Sequence record: NC_062581.1
Length of the DNA stretch: 64,000 nt
Direction: 5' to 3' (one strand)
The translations under genes were made by a program, and so were the position numbers. Position 1 is the stretch's first letter, and each line of letters starts with the position of its first letter. This document shows, piece after piece, positions 21,048 to 29,843 of the stretch. The notes beneath the pieces were generated by a model that was not told where the DNA came from, did no database searches, and worked only from the letters and a program-made list of their open reading frames with translations.

Positions 21048-21634
21048 GCAACAGCCAGTTCAAACGCAGTGAAGCGGAACATCATAACGAGATGTACGCC
21101 GCTAAACGATTGAAAGAACAACTGGGGATACCCAATTGGAAAGACATTCCTAAATACCCGATGGGTAGTTCCCCAGGTAAAAGTTTTCCGGTTTCTGATC
21201 TTTGCCCTGAGATCTTTGATGAAACTATTGAACCGCAAGTAATGAACGCTGTTAATAGTCCAGTTATCTTGGAAGATTCAGATTACCTCAGTCCGGAAAC
21301 CCAGGCTGCTTTAAAAGCCTTAGGGTCCGTAACGATTACTCCTGCTATTCCACAAAACCCAGACATTCAAAATATTCAGAAAGTTGGACGTCCGAATCGT
21401 GAAACTAAAGTTGCCGTGCTTGGTACAGGCAATGATCGTGTATCACCTGAGCTGTTAATGCGAATGGCCATTGATGTTGCTGGCACTGAACCTATTACAC
21501 CAGCAGGTCGGATAGCTAAAGAAAACATTCGCCAACGTATCTTGATGGCCACTCCTGAAATGCTTGGTGAGCTAGGGCGTGCACAAGCACGTAAAGACAT
21601 TGAAGAGATGAGGAAAACTGATGACCATCTCTAA
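21044..21634 (+). CDS. hypothetical protein
   Basis: 196 aa, ATGA overlap with upstream gene. Confidence 0.75.
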   Translation: MSNSQFKRSEAEHHNEMYAAKRLKEQLGIPNWKDIPKYPMGSSPGKSFPVSDLCPEIFDETIEPQVMNAVNSPVILEDSDYLSPETQAALKALGSVTITPAIPQNPDIQNIQKVGRPNRETKVAVLGTGNDRVSPELLMRMAIDVAGTEPITPAGRIAKENIRQRILMATPEMLGELGRAQARKDIEEMRKTDDHL

Positions 21635-22112
21635 AGGTAAAATGCGTTATCTTCGTGTAGCATACCGGGCAATTACTAATCGCGCTAAGTTTGTTGCAGT
21701 AATGCGTGAAAACTATACTAGTGCGTATGCTAAAGATCCAATTAAAACTGAAGCGCTAATTCAAAAGACAGCAGATTCTTTTAATTGGCTTACAGTTTCA
21801 AGCGTATTACCAAATGGTGATACTGTTAGTAAATCGAACAAGTCTCATTGGACAAAACCCCTTACGGGTAAACACCGTAGTACTGTTAAACATGGAGAAA
21901 AGGCTCCTTATGAATTGCATTGGGGCACATGGAAATGTAATCCCATAAGCAACGTCAATGTTACTGAAGGTAACAAAGATCTGCTTTCCGAAATCATGGG
22001 TGAACCTTTACAAGCTGGTGAACGGTTAGTCATTAAACCATCACCCTTGACAGATGAACAACAAGCAGCATTTAACAATGTTGATACTGATTGGGGTAGT
22101 AACCGTGCCTAA
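21621..22112 (+). CDS. hypothetical basic protein
   Basis: 163 aa, GAGG RBS. Confidence 0.7.
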   Translation: MTISKGKMRYLRVAYRAITNRAKFVAVMRENYTSAYAKDPIKTEALIQKTADSFNWLTVSSVLPNGDTVSKSNKSHWTKPLTGKHRSTVKHGEKAPYELHWGTWKCNPISNVNVTEGNKDLLSEIMGEPLQAGERLVIKPSPLTDEQQAAFNNVDTDWGSNRA

Positions 22113-22341
22113 CATCCTTTCTAAGGGTAAACGTAAGTACCTACTGGATGCATTTTCTTTAGCCGCTGAAAGAGCTGCTGCTGATGAACGATTGGCTCGT
22201 TACATCGTTAGCATCAATCCAAAGATTACAATTAGCCAAGCGCGGAAGAACATTGCTGAAAAGAATAAGAGTCTTGGGCGTATCAAAGTTTCCAATGCAG
22301 ACAAGCATGCTTTCCTTGGTAATCCGGCTCTTTGGCCATAA
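22105..22341 (+). CDS. small basic hypothetical protein
   Basis: GTG start overlapping upstream stop, within ORF 22054-22341. Confidence 0.55.
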   Translation: MPNILSKGKRKYLLDAFSLAAERAAADERLARYIVSINPKITISQARKNIAEKNKSLGRIKVSNADKHAFLGNPALWP

Positions 22342-22455
22342 ACGCAGCTCGCGCCGCGCATCAGTAATTGGTCTGAAAGAAAGTGGTACTTCGATAGAAG
22401 TAATTTTACTATTTATTAAAAGCTTTTTCTTAAAAGAAAATGTATATAAATAGTA

Positions 22456-22500
22456 ATAGTATGTGGGGGGGGGACCCTTTGGGGGGGTCCCATATACTAT
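22456..22500. repeat. inverted repeat enclosing G9 and G7 tracts in an AT-rich intergenic region
   Basis: ATAGTATGT-G9-ACCCTTT-G7-TCCCATATACTAT read directly. Confidence 0.85.
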
Positions 22501-22684
22501 TTCATTATTATTTAGTAATCAACAACTTAGCAAAAAAGGAACTGTTCAGTGTCTCAGAAATGTGGTTACAGCAACGACCAAATGCAATACGCTATCGATA
22601 ACAAAGAACAATTGATTCTCTTTGTCACCCACTCCGCTGACCGGCAAGCATTTCTTATCTTGCCTCCTAAACAGGAACCTATTG

Positions 22685-23446
22685 ATGCAGCTGTCTAAGA
22701 TTAAAGCACACCTAGCAGAAACCATTCCTGGTATTACACAAGTGGATGCTTGGGAACGTAGTCAAGCTTGGGGTTACATTGATAAACATCGAGTTGCATT
22801 TGTAGGAATGCAATATGAGTTGGTAATGCAGCCTTCTCCAGATCCATTGAAAGGTAACGTAGCTGCTCGCCTGTTGTTCCAAAGATTCAAAGAGCGACTG
22901 GAGCTAAGTGGGAAGTATGCCAACCGCCAAAGTTACTGTAAACAGATCGATAAAGAATTGTTGGCTTTGGGTTATACCCTTACAAGCTGTTTGGTACATC
23001 AGCATGCTTTTGGTGATATGGTTCGTACCGAATACTTCCGTCCTGCGGATGAAGAAGGGCCAGCTACATCCATTGTAGTTCCTTACCTCCCCACCGATTT
23101 CATGCCACTGTCTGTTGGTAAAACAGATGCTAAAGAACAAGAATATTATACACCCGGTTATGAATCAGGTGTGTTGACTTATCTGGGTACCAGTGGAATG
23201 GATGGTCGACCTTATCGTCGAATTAACATTACCCCTATTGAAGGGCCACGGTTCCCGTCCCAAGTTCTTCCGTATTCAATGGAAGATAATTTGGACCAAC
23301 TGGATATTGTACAAGTATATACCCGCACATTCTCCGAGTCTCAAGAAGGATGGCGTTGTGAATATACCGGTGATCTGGCTAACCGTAGTAGTGCGGTAAT
23401 TCTTCCTGTGGAAATTGTAGTAGAAAACTTTCACTGGAAAGTTTGA
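22685..23446 (+). CDS. hypothetical protein
   Basis: MQLSKIK start after AGGA within ORF 22622-23446. Confidence 0.75.
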   Translation: MQLSKIKAHLAETIPGITQVDAWERSQAWGYIDKHRVAFVGMQYELVMQPSPDPLKGNVAARLLFQRFKERLELSGKYANRQSYCKQIDKELLALGYTLTSCLVHQHAFGDMVRTEYFRPADEEGPATSIVVPYLPTDFMPLSVGKTDAKEQEYYTPGYESGVLTYLGTSGMDGRPYRRINITPIEGPRFPSQVLPYSMEDNLDQLDIVQVYTRTFSESQEGWRCEYTGDLANRSSAVILPVEIVVENFHWKV

Positions 23447-23509
23447 AAAATATACTGTCGTCCTTGGTAGTATGTAATACTGTCGTAATCATTGTTAAAG
23501 GTAAAAAGC

Positions 23510-24454
23510 ATGTCTGATATCAAAACTCGCATTTACAACTGTGGTGGCACTGGCTTCAACATTGGTAGCCTGTACGGCGCAACAGCTGAACATGTGTGTT
23601 TCCTGGATTCCTCTGATGCAAACCTGAAAGACAAGCAGATTCCTGCTGAACGCGTCTATCTGATTCCTGGCACTGATGGTGCTGGTGGCGATCAGTCTTA
23701 CATGATGCCTTTTGCTCGCAAACACGCGGATGAAATGCTGAAGAAATTTGAGCCGGGTGCTACCAACATTATTGTAGTGGGTGCTGGTGGCGGCAGTGGC
23801 GTAGCAATTGCAGTACAGATTGCTACCAAGTTGTTGACCCTGAAACTTCCGACCATCATCATCGGTATTTCCGGTACAGACTCAACTCGCCGTATTCGCA
23901 ACACGACTAACTTCATCAAGAACATGGAAGTAGTGTCATTGAAGACACAACAACCTGTAGTTCTGGCTTGGGTAGAAAATACCAATGGTGAAGCAGAAGC
24001 TGACCAAGAAGTATTGTTTCTGTTGGATGCTCTGGTTGTACTGACTGACCAAACCAATGGTCGTCTGGATACCAAAGATATCATTAACTGGCTGCAATAC
24101 CAACACGTCTGTTCTGTATCGCCACAACTGGTACAACTTCACGTTTCTGAAAATCGTGCAGAAGCAGCGGCTGTAATGGAACCTATTTCGGTAGCTTCTC
24201 TTTACACCGATGCAGAAAAGAACATTCCATTTGGTAGTGCGTTTGTACGTACTGTTGGTATCACTAATAACGATGCCAAAATGCCAAGTGATCAACTGCA
24301 CTTTGTGATCAACTCGGTGGGTATCAATTCCATTACTGAGAAGCTGGAACAAGAGCGCGTTAAACTGAACACCGTTCAATCGGGATTCCGTCAACGCAAA
24401 CCAGTAGTCAGCATTGATGACAATCTGACTGAAGATGGTTACGTTGTAGACTGA
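23510..24454 (+). CDS. phuZ: phage tubulin PhuZ
   Basis: N-terminal GGTG, GAGG, GGGSG tubulin signature, GRLD, HFVINSVG, acidic C-tail DDNLTEDGYVV; closely matches 201phi2-1 PhuZ as recalled. Confidence 0.95.
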   Translation: MSDIKTRIYNCGGTGFNIGSLYGATAEHVCFLDSSDANLKDKQIPAERVYLIPGTDGAGGDQSYMMPFARKHADEMLKKFEPGATNIIVVGAGGGSGVAIAVQIATKLLTLKLPTIIIGISGTDSTRRIRNTTNFIKNMEVVSLKTQQPVVLAWVENTNGEAEADQEVLFLLDALVVLTDQTNGRLDTKDIINWLQYQHVCSVSPQLVQLHVSENRAEAAAVMEPISVASLYTDAEKNIPFGSAFVRTVGITNNDAKMPSDQLHFVINSVGINSITEKLEQERVKLNTVQSGFRQRKPVVSIDDNLTEDGYVVD

Positions 24455-24459
24455 TAATG

Positions 24460-24477
24460 GGGGAGCTTCGGCTCCCC
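24460..24477 (+). terminator. hairpin terminator
   Basis: GGGGAGC-TTCG-GCTCCCC plus T tract. Confidence 0.9.
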
Positions 24478-24510
24478 TCTTATTTTTTGTTTTGGTGTAT
24501 GGAGTAAACA

Positions 24511-24879
24511 ATGGCACAAGTAATTTCTATCTGCCCGGATTTAATTGATGCATCCAAAATGAAACATGGTGATGTAATTGAAGCCCGCATCCTGATTAAT
24601 TACAATCAGCATTCATCGGTGAGAGTACATCTCCAGGAAATAGGTAAACCACGTTTAGATCTTCCAGACAACAATGAAGATCACATTGGGTATCTAAACA
24701 TGAAAAGTTCAGAACCTGTTTTGTGTCTTACATTCAAATCGGGTTTTCATGTAACCGAAGAAGTGAAAGACGTTACCATTGGTTATGTCAATCCAGATGT
24801 CTTGGATATTGATAACACCCCGGTAATTTTGGCTAAACAAAAACAAGTAAGCTTTATAGTTACTTCGGCAATAAACTAA
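24511..24879 (+). CDS. hypothetical protein
   Basis: 122 aa, GGAG RBS. Confidence 0.72.
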   Translation: MAQVISICPDLIDASKMKHGDVIEARILINYNQHSSVRVHLQEIGKPRLDLPDNNEDHIGYLNMKSSEPVLCLTFKSGFHVTEEVKDVTIGYVNPDVLDIDNTPVILAKQKQVSFIVTSAIN

Positions 24880-24892
24880 ACGGAATGTTTCA

Positions 24893-25612
24893 ATGTCTAT
24901 AAGCACTTTTGTCATCCCTAAAACAATGGCGGATGATTGGATCAAAAAGAGAAACATTGTTACTCTGCAAGAAGTCAATACTGGTAAGTGTGAAGACTTT
25001 GCCACTGATTTTGTTGATTTGTTCCCTGAAGGTGAAATAGTCGGTACTGATAACTTTGCCGATTGGCATCATGGTGCTTGGCCTGGTGGACATTGTTGGA
25101 TTATGTTCAAAGGAAAGCATTTTGATAGTGAAGCTTTAGACGGCGTAGATTGTTGGAAAGATCTTCCGTTCTTTAAACGAGCATTGAAAAACATGAGAAC
25201 AGTAACATGGCTTTCTAAGTTATGGGTGGGTGTGATTGAGAAACCATCTGTAATTATTTCTATTGGTGATCCCGGTGAAGACCTACCACCGTTTGCTTGT
25301 AGTCACATTGATGTACTGCGTATTGAAGTTGATGACGTAGATCAAGACTTGGGTCCTGAGTATACGTTGTTTGATTGGCACCATGCCCGTAAGATTATTC
25401 AGTTTGCAGATAAGTACAAAGACGATGATATTATCGTACATTGTGCGGCAGGTGTTAGTCGTTCAGCTGCGGTAGCTTTGTTCCTAAGCAGTTCTAGCAA
25501 ACGACTACTGGATGTGTCTAAGCCATGCAGTGGTGATTACAGCGGCTATAATCGTTGGATTAAACGTCAACTGGAAATTACCGAAATTGATTTAAAAATG
25601 AGTAAAGCTTAA
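24893..25612 (+). CDS. CX5R dual-specificity/tyrosine phosphatase-like protein with extra N-terminal domain
   Basis: VHCAAGVSRSAA P-loop and upstream DVDQD general-acid loop. Confidence 0.85.
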   Translation: MSISTFVIPKTMADDWIKKRNIVTLQEVNTGKCEDFATDFVDLFPEGEIVGTDNFADWHHGAWPGGHCWIMFKGKHFDSEALDGVDCWKDLPFFKRALKNMRTVTWLSKLWVGVIEKPSVIISIGDPGEDLPPFACSHIDVLRIEVDDVDQDLGPEYTLFDWHHARKIIQFADKYKDDDIIVHCAAGVSRSAAVALFLSSSSKRLLDVSKPCSGDYSGYNRWIKRQLEITEIDLKMSKA

Positions 25613-26130
25613 TGACTCCAGAAAGATTGTTTTTGTATCGCCTGTCTATAGTTACAGGTTTGCTAAGGAAAAAGGTACTGTCAAATAAACGTGTCCATAT
25701 CGAGAATATTGTTTGGATGACGAGTTTTTCAAAACAGTATCTCATTGATTTGCTATCACTTGCATTGGCCAGTGATTATTGTGACGAACAGTTGATATTG
25801 TTCTGTTCTCAAATTGACCATGACTGGGAACCAGATCCTACAATGCCGGTCTTGGGTAAACGTCGCGTCATCAAGTTACCACCTCTGGAAATTATAAAAG
25901 TATTGATGGGTGAACCTGAAGGGGTAGATCGCATCTATTCACTTTACCCAGATAAACTAGAAAAGTGGTTCAATGACGTTTATGATGAAATGGCCCAAAA
26001 ATGGCTTGCCAAAATTGATAACGATGCAGTCAATTCTGGGGTGGCTCAAAAGCTAGCTCTTAAATGGCCTCCCCTGGATTTGTCAAACCTGGTTGCCCCA
26101 GTTGGCATACCTGGCCCGCCAGGACCCTAA
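25612..26130 (+). CDS. hypothetical protein
   Basis: 172 aa, TAATG overlap with phosphatase gene. Confidence 0.72.
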   Translation: MTPERLFLYRLSIVTGLLRKKVLSNKRVHIENIVWMTSFSKQYLIDLLSLALASDYCDEQLILFCSQIDHDWEPDPTMPVLGKRRVIKLPPLEIIKVLMGEPEGVDRIYSLYPDKLEKWFNDVYDEMAQKWLAKIDNDAVNSGVAQKLALKWPPLDLSNLVAPVGIPGPPGP

Positions 26131-26146
26131 TAACCAAAGGTGATAT

Positions 26147-26635
26147 ATGTCAAAACAATCACAACGACTGGATACATTAGTCGCAACTGATTTAAGTTTG
26201 GCACACGCACCAATTACCATGATTCTTAAACACGCTACACGCTTTCCCGATGCAGTGGATGGATTTGTATTTGCCTTTGAGCAAAACGGATTAATCCATT
26301 ATGACGTGGTAGATGCATGGCGTTCGGTAAATGGGATGCGAGTGCGAGTTCCTCGATTCAGATCGCATCCAGTGATCGAGGAAAGACTTAAACAGCGACA
26401 GTACAAGCGTTGGTATGTCATGGGGAACGGAAGACTCTTTTCCGTACAGATTGCCAAGGTTGATGATCTTAAAGATCAATTTTATTTCTTAACGGATAGT
26501 GACCCTACCTATCGAACTACAACCATTCTTACTGAGGACTGCATGTTCCTGCGTAAGAAACCATTGATGTTCCATCGCCAACCTCTACCGGGTTGGGATA
26601 ATTCAATTGTTCAAAAAGGAAAACAGTGTGCTTGA
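26147..26635 (+). CDS. hypothetical protein
   Basis: 162 aa, AAGGTG RBS. Confidence 0.72.
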   Translation: MSKQSQRLDTLVATDLSLAHAPITMILKHATRFPDAVDGFVFAFEQNGLIHYDVVDAWRSVNGMRVRVPRFRSHPVIEERLKQRQYKRWYVMGNGRLFSVQIAKVDDLKDQFYFLTDSDPTYRTTTILTEDCMFLRKKPLMFHRQPLPGWDNSIVQKGKQCA

Positions 26636-26879
26636 CGATACCGATGATATTCTGGCTTTGTCTAAACGTTTAATCGAAGAGCTTCCACCACGGTTGTTAA
26701 AGACAGATGAAAGTTTTGTTACTGTAACTCCTACGCAAGTAAATATTTGGAATGGCGATGGCAGCTTGACGGCAATTATTGACATCCCTACAGAAAAAGT
26801 TCATATCCTGATTGGTGAAGTAATTGATATTGAGAATGAACTATTAGCTGTAGTAGAAGAGGAATTGTCGCATGGCTGA
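26628..26879 (+). CDS. small hypothetical protein
   Basis: GTG start after AAGGA within ORF 26607-26879. Confidence 0.65.
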   Translation: MLDDTDDILALSKRLIEELPPRLLKTDESFVTVTPTQVNIWNGDGSLTAIIDIPTEKVHILIGEVIDIENELLAVVEEELSHG

Positions 26880-27120
26880 ACAAACGCATATGGAAATCAT
26901 TCAAGGCAAAGCACGTAAGTTAGTCGAAATGTTTTCTGAAGGCCACATGGTTCGATTCAAGAATGGTTATATGGTCACCATTCTTTTAAAAGTAGTTGGA
27001 CTATGGAATGCCAGTGGTTCAATGCTGGGATATGTGGATACAGCTAACAATGAAGTTATTTGCATGCTATGTGATCCCTGCGATCTGGAGCAGTTCATAG
27101 AAGACTCCTTAGAAGACTAG
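26872..27120 (+). CDS. small hypothetical protein
   Basis: 82 aa, GAGGA RBS. Confidence 0.7.
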   Translation: MAEQTHMEIIQGKARKLVEMFSEGHMVRFKNGYMVTILLKVVGLWNASGSMLGYVDTANNEVICMLCDPCDLEQFIEDSLED

Positions 27121-27149
27121 TTGTAAATACAATCCCTTAACAGGTAACA

Positions 27150-27428
27150 ATGATGGCACCCTCTACATGTGTTATTAGTCACTCTGCAGTAAACCAGGTA
27201 AAAGTTTTAGCTCGTGATTCATGGAAACATGGACATCATTATGAGTTTAACCATAACAACGAAACAGTAACAGTGTTGTTAGGTACTAAGCGTTGCTACA
27301 TTTACGGTGAGCAACGCAAAGCAATGATTTCTTTGCCACGTAAGACTATCGAAGGTATGGAGAATCTTCTTGAAGAAGACGTTATCGGTATTCTTAAACG
27401 TGCATGTGAATTGCAAAGCGAAATGTAA
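27150..27428 (+). CDS. small hypothetical protein
   Basis: 92 aa, AGGT RBS, ends at terminator. Confidence 0.68.
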   Translation: MMAPSTCVISHSAVNQVKVLARDSWKHGHHYEFNHNNETVTVLLGTKRCYIYGEQRKAMISLPRKTIEGMENLLEEDVIGILKRACELQSEM

Positions 27429-27436
27429 CGACATAA

Positions 27437-27459
27437 GCCCTCTCCTAAGTGGAGAGGGC
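27437..27459 (+). terminator. hairpin terminator
   Basis: GCCCTCTCC-TAAGT-GGAGAGGGC plus T tract. Confidence 0.85.
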
Positions 27460-27495
27460 AATATGCCATATTTTTTTTTTAACTTAGTTTAAGGG

Positions 27496-27504
27496 CTATA
27501 TTAC
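27496..27504 (+). promoter_or_regulatory. phage early promoter
   Basis: TTTAA...CTATATTAC. Confidence 0.72.
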
Positions 27505-27521
27505 TAATTTGCATATCCCCC

Positions 27522-27550
27522 TTGACATTCTTATTTAAAAGAGGTATACT
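27522..27550 (+). promoter_or_regulatory. host sigma70-type promoter
   Basis: TTGACA (27522-27527), 17-nt spacer, TATACT (27545-27550). Confidence 0.75.
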
Positions 27551-27579
27551 GTAAATAACAACAAAATAGGAGATTTAAA

Positions 27580-27789
27580 ATGAATAAAATATTAGAACAA
27601 GCCAACAAGATAAAAAACAAAACAGGTACACACTACTTAGGTTATTACACAGTCGAAGTAAAGAGTAATCGCGTTGTAGTTAGAATAACACAGACCTATG
27701 AAATCATTGCTACTATATTACTTAATCATCAAACAGTAGATTGTGATTACAGCAAGAATATTATCTTGAATGTGTTACACCAAGTATAG
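27580..27789 (+). CDS. small AT-rich hypothetical protein
   Basis: 69 aa, strong AGGAGA RBS, own promoter and terminator. Confidence 0.75.
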   Translation: MNKILEQANKIKNKTGTHYLGYYTVEVKSNRVVVRITQTYEIIATILLNHQTVDCDYSKNIILNVLHQV

Positions 27790-27798
27790 CAACATAAA

Positions 27799-27818
27799 TG
27801 CTCTCCGTTGGGAGAGCA
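27799..27818. terminator. bidirectional terminator
   Basis: TGCTCTCC-GTTG-GGAGAGCA between convergent genes. Confidence 0.82.
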
Positions 27819-27839
27819 CTAATGGTTATTTTTTTTTAT

Positions 27840-28652
27840 TTAGGGTGCAGCCATGATTGTACGGATGTGATGACGATTCCCTTCTGGGTCATTAAAGTTA
27901 CGGGCAATCTTCTTCCATTTCTTTAACTGTTCGTCATACAGATCGTTAGCTTCAGACCACTCGTAGATCTTATCTCGATAAACGCCAAGCTCTTGGCCAT
28001 ACCGTAGCTGGGCATCACCCATCTCAATAAACGTGGTGTTATAGATGTGTGCTTTAACAGCATACTCCACTAGCTTAGAGAAAGCGGGAATTGCTTGAGG
28101 ACGAATGTTTAACAATTCATCATCATTACCCAACCGACACGATAAGTAAGCAGATGGCGATGGCACGTAAACATAACGAACCATTACTGTGTTGTGGTTA
28201 ATCAAGTTAATGTAGGATGTTTGTGCAGCCGGAATACGGCGAGCGGCATCCAACACCTTCATTGTTTCAGCACCCATTACCGATTGGTTATAGTTCATGG
28301 CATAACCAGAGTTCTGATAACCTAAGATCCCAAAGTGAATATCAAACACTTGAACGATAGGTCGTTGTTGTGTGTATTCATCTGGAATGTAATAGACGAT
28401 GGTGTAGGGATCAATGTATTCCTGTTTAACAGGAAAGTCCAAAGGGATATAAGTTTTAGTACCACCGATGATATCGATGTCAGGCATAATGCGTGCTTCG
28501 ATCACTTCTTCCCGAATGCGTGTCTCTAATGAGATAGCAGTACCACATGTACCTTCGGCAGTGTACATGTCTTTATTTCTAAAACTGTCATTCAAAATCT
28601 GCGGAGGAATCCGAAATTTTAAATCACTTAAAGCTTTGGTGATGGCATTCAT
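27840..28652 (-). CDS. conserved phiKZ-like protein (gp42-like, probably virion)
   Basis: 270 aa, [16 protein letters not shown] start; synteny between phuZ and pol. Confidence 0.62.
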   Translation of the reverse strand: MNAITKALSDLKFRIPPQILNDSFRNKDMYTAEGTCGTAISLETRIREEVIEARIMPDIDIIGGTKTYIPLDFPVKQEYIDPYTIVYYIPDEYTQQRPIVQVFDIHFGILGYQNSGYAMNYNQSVMGAETMKVLDAARRIPAAQTSYINLINHNTVMVRYVYVPSPSAYLSCRLGNDDELLNIRPQAIPAFSKLVEYAVKAHIYNTTFIEMGDAQLRYGQELGVYRDKIYEWSEANDLYDEQLKKWKKIARNFNDPEGNRHHIRTIMAAP

Positions 28653-28749
28653 CTAGGGCCCCTAGTTTGCGTTTGTAGGAATTCTCTTAATAAAGGAATA
28701 CCCTGAACCCGTATGATATACGGAAGGGCCTTTACAACGATTACAGAGA

Positions 28750-28767
28750 ATCTCAGATCTATATTAT
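28750..28767 (+). promoter_or_regulatory. phage early promoter (variant)
   Basis: ATCTCAGATCTATATTAT. Confidence 0.72.
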
Positions 28768-28795
28768 TATTCTGCTCTAGTTAGAGGATAATAAA

Positions 28796-29446
28796 ATGAT
28801 AGGTGTTTACATCTTACGGCACCCTGTTTCTGGGGTTTGGTATATAGGTAGTTCGGTTAATATAAACAGTCGTATTTTACAACATTTGAACAAATTAGCA
28901 AAGGGTGAGCATGAAAACAAAACCCTTCAAGTGGTATTTAAAGAATCAAAGTATTTTGATGTAGAAAAGATAGCTTTAAACACCATAGAAGAAGCTAAAG
29001 TTTTTGAAAAAGAATTAATTCAAAAACATCAATTGGATTCTAATTTAGCCAATTGCGTTAATGTTGAAGAATGGCATGAACAATGGAGAAAAAAGATACA
29101 GTGTTATTGGACACCAGAAAGAAGAAAAGAACACAGTTTACTTCAAACCGGTTTATGGACAGCCGAACGACGTAAAAAGATGTCGGAAGAAAAATGTGGT
29201 GTAATTCATTCCGATGAAACGCGTTTAAAAATGTCCAATACTAGAAAAGGAAAAGCTGTATCTGCTGCCACTTTATTAGCGGCAAGTAAAAAGTTAAAAA
29301 AACCTGTAATTGTAGAAGGTATTAAATACGAAAGTATGAAAGCTGTAACAATTGCATTCGGTATAACCAAAGAAGCGGTATTACGTCGGATTAAAAGCAG
29401 TAAACCTAAATGGGTAAACTGGTTGAGACCTGAGGTAAGCACATGA
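28796..29446 (+). mobile_element. free-standing GIY-YIG homing endonuclease
   Basis: GVY...YIGSS...R...H, conserved E and N, NUMOD3-like HSDETRLKMS, C-terminal KKPV...Y.S HTH; AT-rich. Confidence 0.9.
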
Positions 29447-29832
29447 ATTGGACAAAAGAAGGCGACGTATTATGTTGGGATATAAGCCACATCATGGGAT
29501 TGCTCAGAGAACACCCCAATAGTCAATTGATTATCTCTAGAGCTACCCGTTATCACCATCATATTCAGTCCGTGTCATACCCCAATCCATACTGGGATTC
29601 GTTAGTTGATGACTTTATTTGTTATTCAATTAATTCATTCCAAGAAGTGATGGTTGCAGAGTTTAATGTGCAACGAATTACTCCCCAGGAAATAACCTGG
29701 TTCAATTTAAATACAAATGCCAGACGAGAATTGTGGTTACTAACAAGATTGTTGGCAACTCGCTACGCAGGTACAGTGATTAACTTTGCCCGAGTAGGTA
29801 AGGTAATTTACTTGTACGCACAAACCAATTAA
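29443..29832 (+). CDS. hypothetical protein
   Basis: 129 aa, GAGGT RBS inside the endonuclease 3' end, ATGA overlap. Confidence 0.7.
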   Translation: MNWTKEGDVLCWDISHIMGLLREHPNSQLIISRATRYHHHIQSVSYPNPYWDSLVDDFICYSINSFQEVMVAEFNVQRITPQEITWFNLNTNARRELWLLTRLLATRYAGTVINFARVGKVIYLYAQTN

Positions 29833-29843
29833 ACGGAGACACC

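Noticed and set aside
26100-26130. Collagen-like GIPGPPGP C-terminus
   Set aside because: Fewer than three triplets; too short for a triple helix.
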